Assembly (NCBI GenBank): GCA_038087875.1
Contig: CM075994.1
Location: 11,534,001-11,598,000 of the forward strand
Reading direction: 5' to 3'
Length of the DNA stretch: 64,000 nucleotides
DNA from: Malacoraja senta
Lineage: Eukaryota
Position numbers and translations under genes: made by a program. Shown piece after piece: positions 38,303 through 51,169 of this stretch; the stretch's first letter is position 1, and the number at the start of each line of letters is the position of its first letter. Below the pieces are notes generated by a model. The model ran no database searches. It worked only from the letters and a program-made list of their open reading frames with translations, and was not told the origin of the DNA.

Positions 38303-41300
38303 TCCTGTCAACCACTCTTTTCTTACTGTTTCTATCTTTCACACCCCGTCTTTCTCTCTCTCTCACAGTCGCTCTGACTGCGGTTTTGTCCCGTTGTCTG
38401 TGTCTCTATCCACCTCTCACTGTCCCACTGCCCCCCTCTCTCTCTCCCACACTCACACACCCTGACAAACCTCTCTGACTGATGCGCCTGTCCACGGCCC
38501 TGTCAGATCGTGTCTCTCTGCGTGATGCCACCAGCCAGCCCCTGCGCTGGGAAACTCCCCGTGGCTAGGAGTGAATCTGAGTCACTCCGTCCCAAGCGAA
38601 GCCGCAGCAGGAAACTGAAACAGAGAGAGCTGGAAACGCTTCAGGGGCGAGGCAGCGTTACTGGAGAGCGAGGGAGATCTATGTCCACGTCCCAACCCCC
38701 GCTCGGCTTCCTGCTGGAAGTGGCGAGGGGTGGGGGGGGGGGGAGTGGAGGCGTTGGACAAGGCTCGGTGTCGTTGAGGGCACAAGACACTGCAGTCGCT
38801 GGAATCTGGAAAGGGGATCCGTGGTGGAAACGGTGCATGTTGTTGTTTCAGGTGGAGACGCTGCATTCACAGACCCTGATGCAGAGTCTCAGTCTGAAAC
38901 CGCCACATACCATGTTCTACCCTTTCATCTCCACAGATGCTGCTCGTACCGCTGAGTTCTTATAGGCTGCTGTTTTAGTTTAATTTTTTAAATTACAGTC
39001 ATATAGCAGGGAAACAGGCCATTCGGCCCAACTCATCCATACCGACCATTCCAAGATGGTCGCATATGCCCACATTTGGGCCATACCCCTCTAAACATTT
39101 CATATCCATGTACCTGTCCAAGTGACGCATAAGTGCGGTTAACGTACCTGTCTCAGCCACATACTCTTGCAGCTCGTTCCATACCCACCACCTCAGCTTT
39201 CTATTAAATCTTGCCCATCGCACCTTAAACCTGTGTTCTCTGCTTTTTGATTCCCCGACACTGAGTAAAAGACTGTGCATTCGCCCTATCCCCCCTCAAA
39301 ATGTTATACACCTCCATTAGATCACCCCTCAGCCTCCTGCACTACAAGGAACACAATCCTAGCCTGCCCAAATTCTACCAGTAGTTCAGGCAATTGAATC
39401 ATCCTTCCACAACCAGAGAACAGTGCTGAACTACTATCTACCTCTTTGTTGACCCTAGGACTATCCTTGATTGGACTTTGCTGGCTTTACCTTGCACGTT
39501 ACTATACGATACATGATTCTCAATGTTCCCTTATCACGTATTACACTGTAAATGGTTCGATTGTAATCATGTGTTGTCTTTCTGCAGAATGGATAGCACG
39601 CAACAAAAGCTTTTCACTGTAGCTGGATACATGTGACAATAAACTAAACTAAACCAAACTAGGCACTCAAGTCCTGGCAACATCCTCGTAAATCTTCAAT
39701 GCACTCATTCCAGCTTAATAACATTGTTCCTATAACAGGATGACCAAAACAGAACACAATACTCCAAGTGTGGCCTCACCAACATCTTGCACAACTGCAA
39801 CGTAATCTCCCAGTTTTTAAACCTAATACGCTGACTGATGAAGGCCAATCCACCAAGAACCTTCTTCACCAGCCTATCGACCAGTGACACCACATTGTTG
39901 ACGGAGTTCGCGGGGCTGTGGGGTTAAAATGCAGAGGTCACGGGCTGTCAGGTATAAACTTCTTACCTGGGACAGGATGTACCTATGACAAAGGTTTATG
40001 GGCCGGTCCCAGGGATGGGGGATGTGCCGACGAGCTGCGAATGAGTCGACTGGGAGCGGAGTCTCCAGAGTCTGTGAGCATGAGATGGAGGTGACTGACT
40101 CTTACACAAAGCCCACAGGGCTGGACAGACTCTGTCCCCCCGCCTGAGTGGTCAGTCTCCGATCAAGGGGAGAAATGTCCACACTGAGAGGGGGTGGAGA
40201 ATGTTTGTAATCCTCACCCCCAGAGCACTGTGGAAGCTGCGTCACCGAGGGCATTCAATGTTCCCGATGTGTTAATGTTGTTCCCCACAGCCCAGGGAAT
40301 GGGGCGTGGGGTTGTGGGGGAGGGGTGGGACAAGGAGGGGGAGACAGAGGGTGAGGACAATGACGGTGAGAGGGAGGGGGGGTGTCCAGAACTTAATGCG
40401 GTCTCACCGACGTCTTATACAACTGCAACATGACCTTCCAACTTCTATACTCAATACTCTGACTGATGGAGGGCAATGTGCCAAAAGCTTTTTTGACCAC
40501 CTTATCTATCTGCGACACGACCTTCAAGGAACCGTGCACCTGTACACCTAGATCCCTCTGCTCTACAACACTCCCCAGAGGACTAACGTTCACTGTGTTG
40601 GTCCTGCCCTTGTTCGACGTCACAAAATGCAACGCCTCATTACAACATCGCAGTCTGTGACCCGTCAGCGCGCACATCACCCGCTGTGGCTCCGCTCACG
40701 TTTGTAATTCTTCACCTTGAACTTGACATTTAATAAAGTCTTTAAAAAAAAAAGTGGCTCTACGAGTTCTCCCCGAGTCTCCGCGTCACGATACAAAGAT
40801 CTCTTCAGGCAGTAAATACAAGGATCTGTGGATGCTGGTTTTACAAAAGGAAAAAGACACACATCGTGCTGGAGTAACTCAGCGGGTCAGGCAGCATCTG
40901 TGGAGAACATGGATAGGTGACGTTTCACAGAGTGCTGGAGTAACTCAGCAGGTCAGGCAGCATCTCTGGAGAACTTGGATAGGTGGCGTTTCACAGAGTG
41001 CTGGAGTAACTCAGCGAGCCAGGCAGCATCTCTGGAGAACTTGGATATCAGTGTTCTCCAGGGTTGCTGCGTGACCCGCTGAGTTACTCCAGCACTTTGT
41101 GTCCTTTTCTGTATTAACCATCATCTGCTCATGTTGCCTATTCTTACATGAAAAGACAAAAGTGTTTTTATCTTTAGTTTATAGTTTTAGAGACGCACCA
41201 CGGAAACAGACCGTTCGGCCCAACGCGTGCATGCCGATGAGAGATCAGCCTGTACAATAATTCTATCAGACACACGAGGGACAATTTACATTTTTACCAA

Positions 41301-41870
41301 AGCCAATTAACCTACAAACCTGTACAGAGGAAACCCGAGCACCTGGTGAAAACCCACTCAGTCACTGAGAGGACGTAGAAACTCCAGTCCTGACCGCATC
41401 CGTGGACAAGATTGAACTTGGGTCTTTGGCGCTGTGAGTCAGCAACACTACTCGCTGCGCCACTGTGCTGCCCCATGTTTAGGTTTAGAGATACAGCATG
41501 GAAACAGGCCCTTCGGCCAAACGAGCCAACGCCGACCATTGATCACCCGTTCACACACTCGTTCACTTTCATCCCTCTTTCTCATCCTCTCCGTGCTCAC
41601 TAGGGGGGGGGATTTACAGAGGGTCCGTTAACCTACACGTCTTTAGGGTGTGTAGAGGAAACCGGAGCACCCGGAGAAAACCCACGCGGTCCCGGGGAGA
41701 ACGTACAAGCTCTGTACAGACAGCAACCGAGGACGGGATGGAACCCGGGTCTCTGGCGCTGTGAGGCAGCAGCTCTACCCGCTGCGCCGGCCGTGGTGTG
41801 GGGCAGCTGACCGCTACCGGGGGTCCCGGGTACAGGGCAGGGGTGGGGGCGGGGGGAGCTGTGGACGGGG

Positions 41871-43141
41871 TTACTTGTTGAAGCGGGTGAGGGCTGAGGG
41901 AGGGAGGGAGGGGTGGGAGCCGCCATCTTCTGCTGCTTCTGCATCTTCACCTTCTGCTCCACGCTCCTCCGCACCCCGTCCTGTGGACAGAGGGGCCCGT
42001 TAGACGTTAACCCCTGACCCCCGGGGGAGGGGCGACACGGTGACCTCCACCCTCCCCTCACCCTATTCTCCCACTCACCCTCCCTCTCCTTCCCCTCACC
42101 CATTCCTTACCCCTCCCCCTTTGCCCCGCCCAATCTCCTTCTCACCCTCTCTCTCTCCTCCGTATCCACTCTCTTCCCTCTCCCCTGTTCCCCACCCCTC
42201 CCTCACCCTCCACCCCCCCCCTCCCCATCTCTCTCTCTCTCTCAATCTTCCTCCTCATCTCATCGTCTCCCCCCCTCCCTCACCCTCCGGTCCCAGCTGG
42301 TCACCAGCTTCTTCCTGCGCTCCAGGTTTCCGCTAGATCTGCGGCCCTTCAACCGCCGTCTGGGTTCTAACCTTTCCGTCTCCGTGTCCTCGCAGCCCTG
42401 CGGAGGGGAGGGTGGACTGGACTAACACTCACCAGGCTCTGCACCCTGTCGCGGTGCCTCTGCTGCAGGGAGGTGGTTCGGAGGGGGAGAGGATCGAGAC
42501 GAGGGACGGGGGGGGGGGGGGTGGTAGAGGGGGTTCGGGGACACTAACACTTAATGGGGCCGCACCCTGTCGCGGTGTCTCTGCTGCAAGGAGGTGGGTC
42601 GGAGGGGGAGAGTGTCGGGGTTCTTGGATAATGAGAGGGTTCGGGCAGTCACGGTGGCGCAGCGGTAGAGTTGCTGCCTTACCGCAAAATGCAGCGCCAG
42701 AGACCCGGGTTCGATCCCGACTACGGGCGCTGTCTGTATGGAGTTTGTACGTTCTCCCCGTGACCTGTGTGGGTTTTCTCCGAGATCTTCGGTTTCCTCC
42801 CACACTCCAAAGACGTACAGGTTTGTAGGTTAATTGGCTTGATAAAAAATGTAAACAATTGTCCCAGTTTGCAAAATGCAGATTACTGCCCCGCCGACTA
42901 CACAATTCAGACGGTTCAGAAGGTTCGGGGGGGCGGGGCGGGGTCTAACACACCAGTTGGAGGGGCGAGGGGGCGGTGAGGGGGCTCCCGGTGGGGGCGG
43001 GGTGTACGGTGATGTGGTAAAGAGTGGGGGTGGGTCTACACTCACCAGACGCTGCACCCTGTCGCGGTGTCTCGGTCCCAGGGAGATGGGATCGACCAAC
43101 CCCAGGCGGTCCGGCTCCAGTGAGATGAGCTCCGGCTGCAG
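41871..43141 (-). pseudogene. WDR46: WDR46 (BING4/UTP7) 3'-terminal exons, copy 1 (43046-43141, 42284-42397, 41871-41980)
   Basis: LQPELISLEPDRLGLVDPISLGPRHRDRVQRL | GCEDTETERLEPRRRLKGRRSSGNLERRKKLV... | DGVRRSVEQK...PSALTRFNK* resembles the recalled human C-terminus [23 protein letters not shown]...KGRSS...KRKRK...PSALDRF. 1-nt deletion in the last exon; upstream exons absent. Confidence 0.82.
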
Positions 43142-44506
43142 CTTTATCACAGGCAGGGTCAGCGACACTCAGAGACCCCCACCCCTCCCCCTCACCCCCC
43201 CACAGAGGGACCACCCCCCTCATACAGAGACCCCACCCTCACACACGGGGAGGCCCCCCCGCTCATATAGAGGCCCCACTCTCACACAGGGAGACCCCCT
43301 CACACAGGGACCCCACCCTTACAGAGACCCCCTCTTTCACACAGGTACCACAACCCCCGCCCCACTCACAGAGACCCCACCCACACACCGGAACCACTCA
43401 CACAGGGACCCAACCCACACAGAGAACTCCCTCACACACGGGGAGCCCCCCCCCCCCACCCCTCTCAGGGACCCCATCCACACACAGAGACCCCCTCACA
43501 CAGGAACCACACCATCCCTCACACAGTTGTGTCACGATACAAAGATCTCTTCGAGCAGTAGATACATGGATCTGTGGATGCTGGTTTTACAAAAGCAAAA
43601 AGACACACAGAGTGCTGGAGCAACTGAGCGGGTCAGGCAGCATCAGTGGAGAACATGGATAGGTGACGTTTCACACAGTGCTGGAGTAACTCAGCGGGTC
43701 CGGCAGCATCTCTGGAGAACATGGATATCCATGAAAAGACTTTTGTCTTTTCATGCAAGAACAAATAACTGCAGATGATGGTTAATACGGAAAAGGACAC
43801 AAAGTGCTAGAGTAACCCAGCGGATCATGGAGTAACCCAGCACTTTGTGTCCTTTTCTGTATTAACCATCATCTGCAGTTACTTGTTCTTACATGAAAAG
43901 ACAAAAGTCTTTTCATGGATATCCATGTTCTCCACAGATGCTGCCTGACCCGCTGAGTTACTCCAGCACTCTGTGTGTCTTTTTTTCTTTTGTAAAACCA
44001 GCATCCACAGATCCTTGTATCTACTGCTTGAAGATATCTTTGTATCTTGACGCAACTGTGTTAGGGAGGGTGGGGTTCCTGTGTGAGTGGAGTTCCTGTG
44101 TGTGAGTGGAGTTCCTGTGTGTGGTTGGGGTCCCTGAGAGGGGGGGCTCCCCGTGTGTGAGGGAGTTCTCTGTGTGGGTGGGGTCCCTGTGTGAGTGGAG
44201 TTCCTGTGTGTCGGTGGGGTCCCTGTGTGAGTGGCGTTCCTGTGTGTGGGTGGGGTCCCTGTGTGAGTGGAGTTCCTGTGTGTGGGTGGGGTCTCTGTGA
44301 GGGGGTGGAGGGTGGGTATTTGTGTGAGAGAGGGGTCTCTGTGTAAGGGTGGAGTCCCTGTGTGAGGGTGGGTGCTCTGTATGGGGGGCTCCCCGTGTGT
44401 GAGGGAGGGGGATCCCGTATGAGGGGGGTGGTCCCTCTGTGTGGGGGGTGGGTTTGTGTGGGAGGGGTGGGGTCTCTGAGTGTCGCTGACCTTGCCTGTG
44501 ATACAG

Positions 44507-45832
44507 CTGCAGCCGGAGCTCATCTCACTGGAGCCGGACCGCCTGGGATAGGTCGATCCCATCTCCCTGGGGCCGAGACACTGCGACAGGGTGCAGCGTC
44601 TGGTGAGTGTAGACCCACCCCCTTCACCACATCACCGTACACCCCCCCGCGAGCCCCCTCCCCTCCCCCTCCCCGCCACCTCACCCCTCCAAGTGGTGTG
44701 TTAGACACCGCCTCCAACCCCGATCCTTCTGAACCGTCTGAATGTTGTAGTCGGCAGGGCAGTACTCTGCATATCGCCAACTTGGACAATGGTTTACATT
44801 ATATATCAAGCCAATTAACCTACAAACCTGTCCGACTTTGGAGTGTGGGAGGAAATCGAAGATTCGGAGAAGACCCACACAGGTCACGGGGAGAACGTAC
44901 AAACTCCATACAGAGAGCGCCCGTAGTCGGGATCGAACCCGGGTCTCTGGCGCTGCATTTTGCGGTAAGGCAGCAACTCTACCGCTGCGCCACCGTGACT
45001 GCCAGAACCCTCTCATTGCCCCGAATCCCGACACTCTCCCCCTCCGACCCACCTCCTTGCAGCAGAGACACCGCGACAGGGTGCGCCCCATTGAGTGTTA
45101 GTGCCCCCGAACCTACTCTAACCCCCCTCCCCCGTCCCTCGTCTCGATCCTCTCCCCCTCCGAACCACCTCCCTGCAGCAGAGGCACCGCGACAGGGTGC
45201 AGAGCCTGGTGAGTGTTAGTCCAGTCCCCCCACCCTGAACTCTATTCTGCCCCCACCGAACCCCCATCGCTCTTGAAACCCCTGCTGCCCCCCTCTCCCC
45301 ACAGGGCTGCGACCCCACGGAGACGGAGAGGATCGAGCCCAGACGGGCCGCAGTTCGAGCAGAAACCTGAAGCGCAGGAAGAAGTTGGTGGCCAGCGGGG
45401 ACCGGATGGTGAGGGGGGGGAGGGGATGGGGGGGAGGGCGAGACGATGAGGGGATGAGGAGGAAGAGTGAGAGAGAGAGCGAGATGGGGGGTGGAGGCTG
45501 AGGGAGGGGTGGGGAACAGGGGAGAGGGGAGAGAGAGGATGAGGAGGAGAGGGTGAGAAGGAGATGGGGCGGGGCAAAGGGGGAGGGGTAAGGAGTGGGA
45601 GAGGGGTAGGAGAGGGAGGGTGAGTGGGGCGAAGAGGGTGAGGGGAGTGCAGAGGTCACCGTGTCGCCCCTCCCCCGGGGGTCAGGGGTTAACATCTAAC
45701 GACGGGCCGCTCTGTCCACAGGACGGGGTGCGGAGGAGCGTGGAGCAGAAGGTGAAGATGCATAAGCAGCAGAAGATGGCGGCTCCCACCCTCTCCCTCC
45801 CTCCCTCAGCCCTCACCCGCTTCAACAAGTAA
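44507..45832 (+). pseudogene. WDR46: WDR46 3'-terminal exons, copy 2 (44507-44602, 45305-45408, 45722-45832)
   Basis: Mirror of copy 1; in-frame TAG at 44549-44551 and a 10-nt deletion in the middle exon; last exon open to TAA at 45832. Confidence 0.82.
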
Positions 45833-48049
45833 GCCCGTCCACAGCTCCCCCACCCCCCTCCCCTGCCCTGAACCCGGGACCACCGGTAGAGGTCAGCTGC
45901 CCCACACCGGCGCCGGCGCAGCGGGTAGAGCTGCTGCCTCACAGCGCCAGAGACACGGGTTCCATCCCGACCTCGGGTGCTGTCTGTACAAAACTTGTAC
46001 GTTCTTCCCGGGACCTTGTGGGGTTTCTCCGGGTACTCCGGTTTCCCCCCACACACCCCCAAAGACGTGTAGGTTAATCGACCCTCTGTAAATTCCCTTC
46101 CGCTAGTGTGCACGGAGAGGATGAGAAAGAGGGATGAAAGTGAACGAGTGTGTGAATGGGTGATCAATAGTCGGCGCGGACTCGGTTGGCCGAAGGGCCT
46201 GTTCCAAAGTGCTGGAGTAACTCAGCGGATCACGCAACAACCCTGGAGAAGACGGATATCCAATTTCTCCAGAGATGCTGCTTGACCCGCTGAGTTACTC
46301 CAGCACTCTGTGAAACGTCACCTATCCATGTTCTCCACAGATGCTGCCTGACCCGCTGAGCTACTCCGGCACTTTGTGAAACGTCACCTATCCATGTTCT
46401 CCACAGATGCTGTCTGACCCGCTGAGTTACTCCGGCACTTTGGGAAACGTCACCTATCCATGTTCTCCACAGATGCTGCCTGACCCGCAGACTGGAGCCT
46501 GCGATGTTGTAATGAGGTGTTGCATTTTGCAACGCCGAACAAGGGCAGGACCTACACAGTGAACGGTAGTCCTCTGGGGAGTGTTGTAGAGCAGAGGGAC
46601 CTAGGTTCAGGTGCATGGTTCCTTGAAGGTCGTGTCGCAGGTAGATAAGGTGGTCAAAAAGGCTTTTGGCACATTGGCCTCCATCAGTCAGAGTATTGAG
46701 TATATAAGTTGGGAGGTCATGTTGCAGTTGTATATGACGTCGGTGAGACATCATTAAATTCTGGACACCTCCCCCTCCCTCTCACCGTCATTGTCCTCAC
46801 CCTCTGCCTCCCACTCCCTGTCCCACCCCTCCCCCACAACCCCACATCTCATTCCCTGGGCTGTGGGGAACAACATTAATACATCGGGAACATTGAATGC
46901 CCTCGGTGACGCAGCTTCCACAGGGCTCTGGGGGTGAGGATTACAAACATTCTCCACCCCCTCTCAGTGTGGACATTTCTCCCCTTTATCGGAGACTGAC
47001 CACTCAGGCGGGGGGACAGAGTCTGTCCAGCCCTGTGGGCTTTGTGTAAGAGTCAGTCACCTCCATCTCATGCTCACAGACTCTGGAGACTCCGCTCCCA
47101 GTCGACTCATTCGCAGCCCGTCGGCACATCCCCCATCCCTGGGACCAGCCCATGAACCTTTGTCATAGGTACATCCTGTCCCAGGTAAGATGTTTAAACC
47201 TGACAGCCCGTGACCTCTTGCATTTTAACACCACAGCCCGTGAACTCCGTCAACAATGTGGTGTCACTGGTCAATAGGCTGGTGAAGAAGGTTCTTGGTG
47301 GATTGGCCTTCATCAGTCAGCGTATTGAGTTAAAAACTGGGAGATTACGTTGCAGTTGTGCAAGATGTTGGTGAGGCCACACTTGGAGTATTGTGTTCTG
47401 TTTTGGTCATCATGTTATAGGAACAATGTTATTAAGCTGGAATGAGTGCATTGAAGATTTACGAGGATATTGCCAGGACTTGAGTGCCTAGTTTAGTTTA
47501 GTTTAGTTTATTGTCACATGTACCCAGGTACAGTGAATAACTTTTGTTGCATGCTATCCATTCTGCAGAAAGACAACACATGATTACAATCGAGCCATTT
47601 ACAGTGTAATATGTGATAAGGGAACATTGAGAATCATGTATCGTATAGTAACGTGCAAGGTAAAGCCAGAAAAGGCCAATCAAGGATAGTCCTTGGGTCA
47701 ACAAAGAAGTAGATAGTAGTTCCGCACTTCTCTCTGGTTGTGGAAGGGTGATTCAGTTGCCCTGACTACGGGTAGAGGTTGGGCAGGCTAGGATTTTGTT
47801 CGTTGGAGTGCAGGAGGCTTGTCCAACGCCTCCACCCCTTCGCCCGCCACCTCCAGCTCTGATGTGCGGCAGGGAGCCGGGCGGGGGTTGGGGACGTGGA
47901 CATTGATCTCCCCCGCTCTCCAGTAACGCTGCCTCGCCACTGAAGCGTTTCCAGCTCTCTCTGTTTCAGTTTCCAGCTGCGGCTTCGCTTGGGACGGAGT
48001 GACTCAGATTTTGCCGGTTCGCATCTTGTCCCTTGCTGTGTACAGTTCA

Positions 48050-50060
48050 TCAATGGTGGTGGAGAAGGTGCTGGAGTCAATCATAAAAGATTAAATAGCG
48101 GCACATTTGGATAGCAGTAACAGGATCGATCCGAGTCAGCATGGGTTTGGTTTACAAAGGTGAAATCATGCGTGACTAATCTTCTGGAGTTTTCAGAAGA
48201 TGTAACTAGGAAAATGGACAAGGGAGAGCTAGTGGATGTAATTTCTGGACTTTCAGTAAGCCTTTGATAAGGTCCCACATAGGAGATTAGTGGGCAAAAT
48301 TAGGGCACATGGTATTTGGGATAGAGTACTGACAAGGATAGAAAATAGGTTGCAGACAGGAAACAGAGAGTAGGGATTAACGGGTCCCTTTCACAATGGC
48401 AGGCAGTGACTAGTGGGGTACCGTAAGGCTCAGTGCTGGGACCGCAAATATTTACAATATACATTATGATTTCGATGAAGGGATTACAAGTTACATTAAC
48501 AAATTTGCAGATGACACAAAGCTGGGTGGCAGTGTGAACTGTGAGGAGGATGCTATGAGAATGCAGGGTTACTTGGACAAGTTGGTTGAGTGGGCAGATG
48601 CATGGCAGATGCAGTTTAATGTGGATAAATGTGAGGTTATCCACTTTGTTGGCAAGAACAGGAAGGCAGATTATTATCTGAATGGTGTCAAGTAGGAAAA
48701 GGGGAAGTGCAACGAGATCTGGGGGGGGGGGTCCTTGTTCATCAGTCAATAAAAGTAAGCATGCTGGTCCAGCAGGCAGTGCAGAAAGCTAATGGCATAT
48801 TGGCCTTCATAACAAGAGGAGTTGAGTATTGGAGCAAAGAGCTCATTCTGCAGTTATACAGAGCCCTGATGAGATCACACCTGTAGTATTGCGTGCAGTT
48901 TTTGTCTCCAAATTTGTGGAAGGACCTTCTTCTTATTGAGGGCGTGCAACGTAGGTTCACGACGTTTATTCCCGGGATGGCGGGACTGTCACACGTTGAA
49001 AGAATGGAATGACTGGGCTTGTACACACTGGAATTTAGAAGGATGAGAGGGGATCTTAAGTAAGCAAGTAAGTAAGTAAGTTTATTGGCCAAGTATTCAC
49101 ATACAAGGAATTTGCCATGGTGGTCCGCCCACAAGTAACAACATGACATAAAGTGACAGTTACGAATGACTCATAAAACACTAAACATTAATAATAATAA
49201 AACATTAATGATAAAACACCATTGATCAAGCATGTGAACCAACAAAATACCAGATCAAAGGGAGGCTACAGATTTTTGGCTGTTGAGTAGAGCAACTACT
49301 CATGGATAAAAAACTGTTTTTATGTCTGGCTGAGGCAGCTTTGACAGTCCGGAGTCCGCCTTCCAGAGGGAAGTGATTCAAAGAGTTTGTGGCCAGGGTG
49401 TGAGCGGTCAGCGAGCCAGTTCATCAATGGAGGAAAGGTTGCAGCCATAAACTTGTCTGCTGATCGACGATTCGCTGCAGCCTCCGGATGTCGTGCTTGG
49501 TGGCTGAGCCAAATCAGACCATGATGGAGAAGGTGAGAACAGACTCTACGATGGCCGTTTTAGAATTAAACCATCATTGCCTGTGGCAGATGTGCTTCCT
49601 CAGCTGCCGTAGGAAGTACATCCTCCGTTGTGCCTTTTTGACTGTGGAGTCGATGGTAGCCCCCCACTTAAGGTTGATATTATATATTGAAACATATATT
49701 GAAACATATAAGATTATTTAGGGATTGGACACTGTGGAGGCAGGAAACATGTTCCCGATGTTGGGGGAGTCCTGAACCAAGGGCCACAGTTTAAGAATAT
49801 GGGATAGGCCATTTTGAATGGAGATGAGAAAAAACGTTTTCACCCAGAGAGTTGTGAATCTGTGGAATTCTCTGCCTCAGAAGCAGTGAAGACCAATACT
49901 CTGAATGTTTTCAAGAGAGAATTAGATACTCTTAAAGATAGTGGAGTCAGGAAGAAGACTGGAACGGAGTACTGATTGTGGATGATCAGCCATGATCACA
50001 TTGAATGGCGGTGCTTGCTCGAATGGCCGAATGGCTTACTCCTGCAACTATTGTCTAAGA
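48050..50060 (+). mobile_element. CR1-clade LINE with a nested Rex1-like 3' fragment (about 49059-49675, -)
   Basis: CR1 RT sequence breaks at ggggatctt and resumes attgaaacatataag; the insert matches the 20.8-kb Rex-like sequence and has an (aagt)n tail. Confidence 0.85.
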
Positions 50061-50429
50061 TGCTGGTTTAAACCGAAGATAGACAAAAAATGTTGGAGTA
50101 ACTCAACGGACAAGCAGCATCTCACGGGAATGGACCCATTCATTCTCTCCGGAGATGCTGCCTGTCCCGCTGGTTACTCCAGAATATGGTGTCCATGTTC
50201 TGCATTCAGTCCACTGCTGACTGAATAGAAGGGGTGCGCGCTGCCTTTAGGCGGCAGCGTCAGCGGCAGCAGCGGCTTCCAGAGACAGAAACTCAACCTG
50301 TACAGCCTCGCTCTACCCAGCAACTGCCGACTCACAGCCACGCTCTGCTCCCATTGGCCAGTGCCACGGCTGCAGCCGCGCCCCACTGCAGCTTCGCAGC
50401 GAATGTGAAACCGGTGGAAATCCCCTGGC

Positions 50430-50790
50430 AGCGCGAGGAGGGGAGGGGGGGAGAGGGGGAGGAGGAGAGGGAGAGGGGAGAAGGGGCGGGGAGAGGGGGA
50501 GAGGAGAGAGGGGAGAGGGGGATGGGAGGGGGGAGAGGTAGGGGAAGGGGGGCGGAGAGGGAGGGGAGAGCAGGGCTGCCAACATTGGGTGAGAGTTGAG
50601 AGTGAGAAATTGCGAGGGAGAGGGGGAGGAGGAGAGGGAGAGGGGAGAGGGGGCGGGGAGAGGGGGAGAGGAGAGAGGGGAGAGGGGGAGGGGAGGGGGA
50701 GAGGTAGGGGAAGGGGGGGGGGCGGAGAGGGAGGGGAGAGCAGGGCTGCCAACATTGGGTGAGAGTTGAGAGTGAGAAATTGCGAGGGAG
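50430..50790. repeat. Purine-rich tandem duplication (two units ending cagggctgccaacattgggtgagagttgagagtgagaaattgcgagggag)
   Basis: Identical block at about 50570-50620 and 50740-50790. Confidence 0.8.
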
Positions 50791-51169
50791 ATTAGCGATC
50801 GGGGGGGGGGTTGGAGGGTGTCGGGAGGGGAACACCCCCCTCCCACGGTAGGGAGCTTTTGCATTTTTCAGCTTGAAATTGTGCAATCTGGTGCATAATG
50901 TAGCGAGTCTTTTAACGCATTTGAATGCAACATTTATGATTTAAATTGGATTAGTTATGAATAAGGTTAGGCTAAATTACATTCCTAATTACATTCCACA
51001 ATCGAGCCAGGCTCTGATCAACAGGTGCAGCACATGAATGACTGTATTCATATATGGAAATCAGATTATATTCATGCTGTTATGTATATATATAGAGAAA
51101 AACTTAGAGAAACAAAGCAAAAGTCGGACTTCCATCACTGTTCTGCACAATAAATCAATCAACCTTGTG

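Larger units (their letters stand above)
38574..48010. repeat. Large inverted duplication (palindrome), arms about 38574-43810 and 43839-48010
   Basis: Outer ends aatctgagtcactccgtcccaagcgaagcc / ggcttcgcttgggacggagtgactcagatt; inner ends gatgatggttaatacggaaaaggacacaaagtgct / agcactttgtgtccttttctgtattaaccatcatc; content is collinear and mirrored. Confidence 0.93.

Noticed and set aside
37884..38465. Hydrophobic L/S-rich ORF as the Ig gene's TM segment
   Set aside because: It is read-through into SINE fragments and the (CT)n microsatellite past a strong gtgagt donor.
38507..38570. Possible fourth exon of the Ig gene (ctgtcag|at...tag)
   Set aside because: Weak acceptor; encodes about 20 polar residues with no recognisable motif.
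42876..45219. 200-300 aa Pro/Thr/His-rich ORFs
   Set aside because: They derive from CA-rich minisatellites, SINEs and antisense WDR46 exons.
47150..48010. Possible extra exons in the palindrome arms (cccag|gtaaga at about 47185; tttcag acceptor at about 47969)
   Set aside because: Joining gives only short frames, and no protein family could be recognised.
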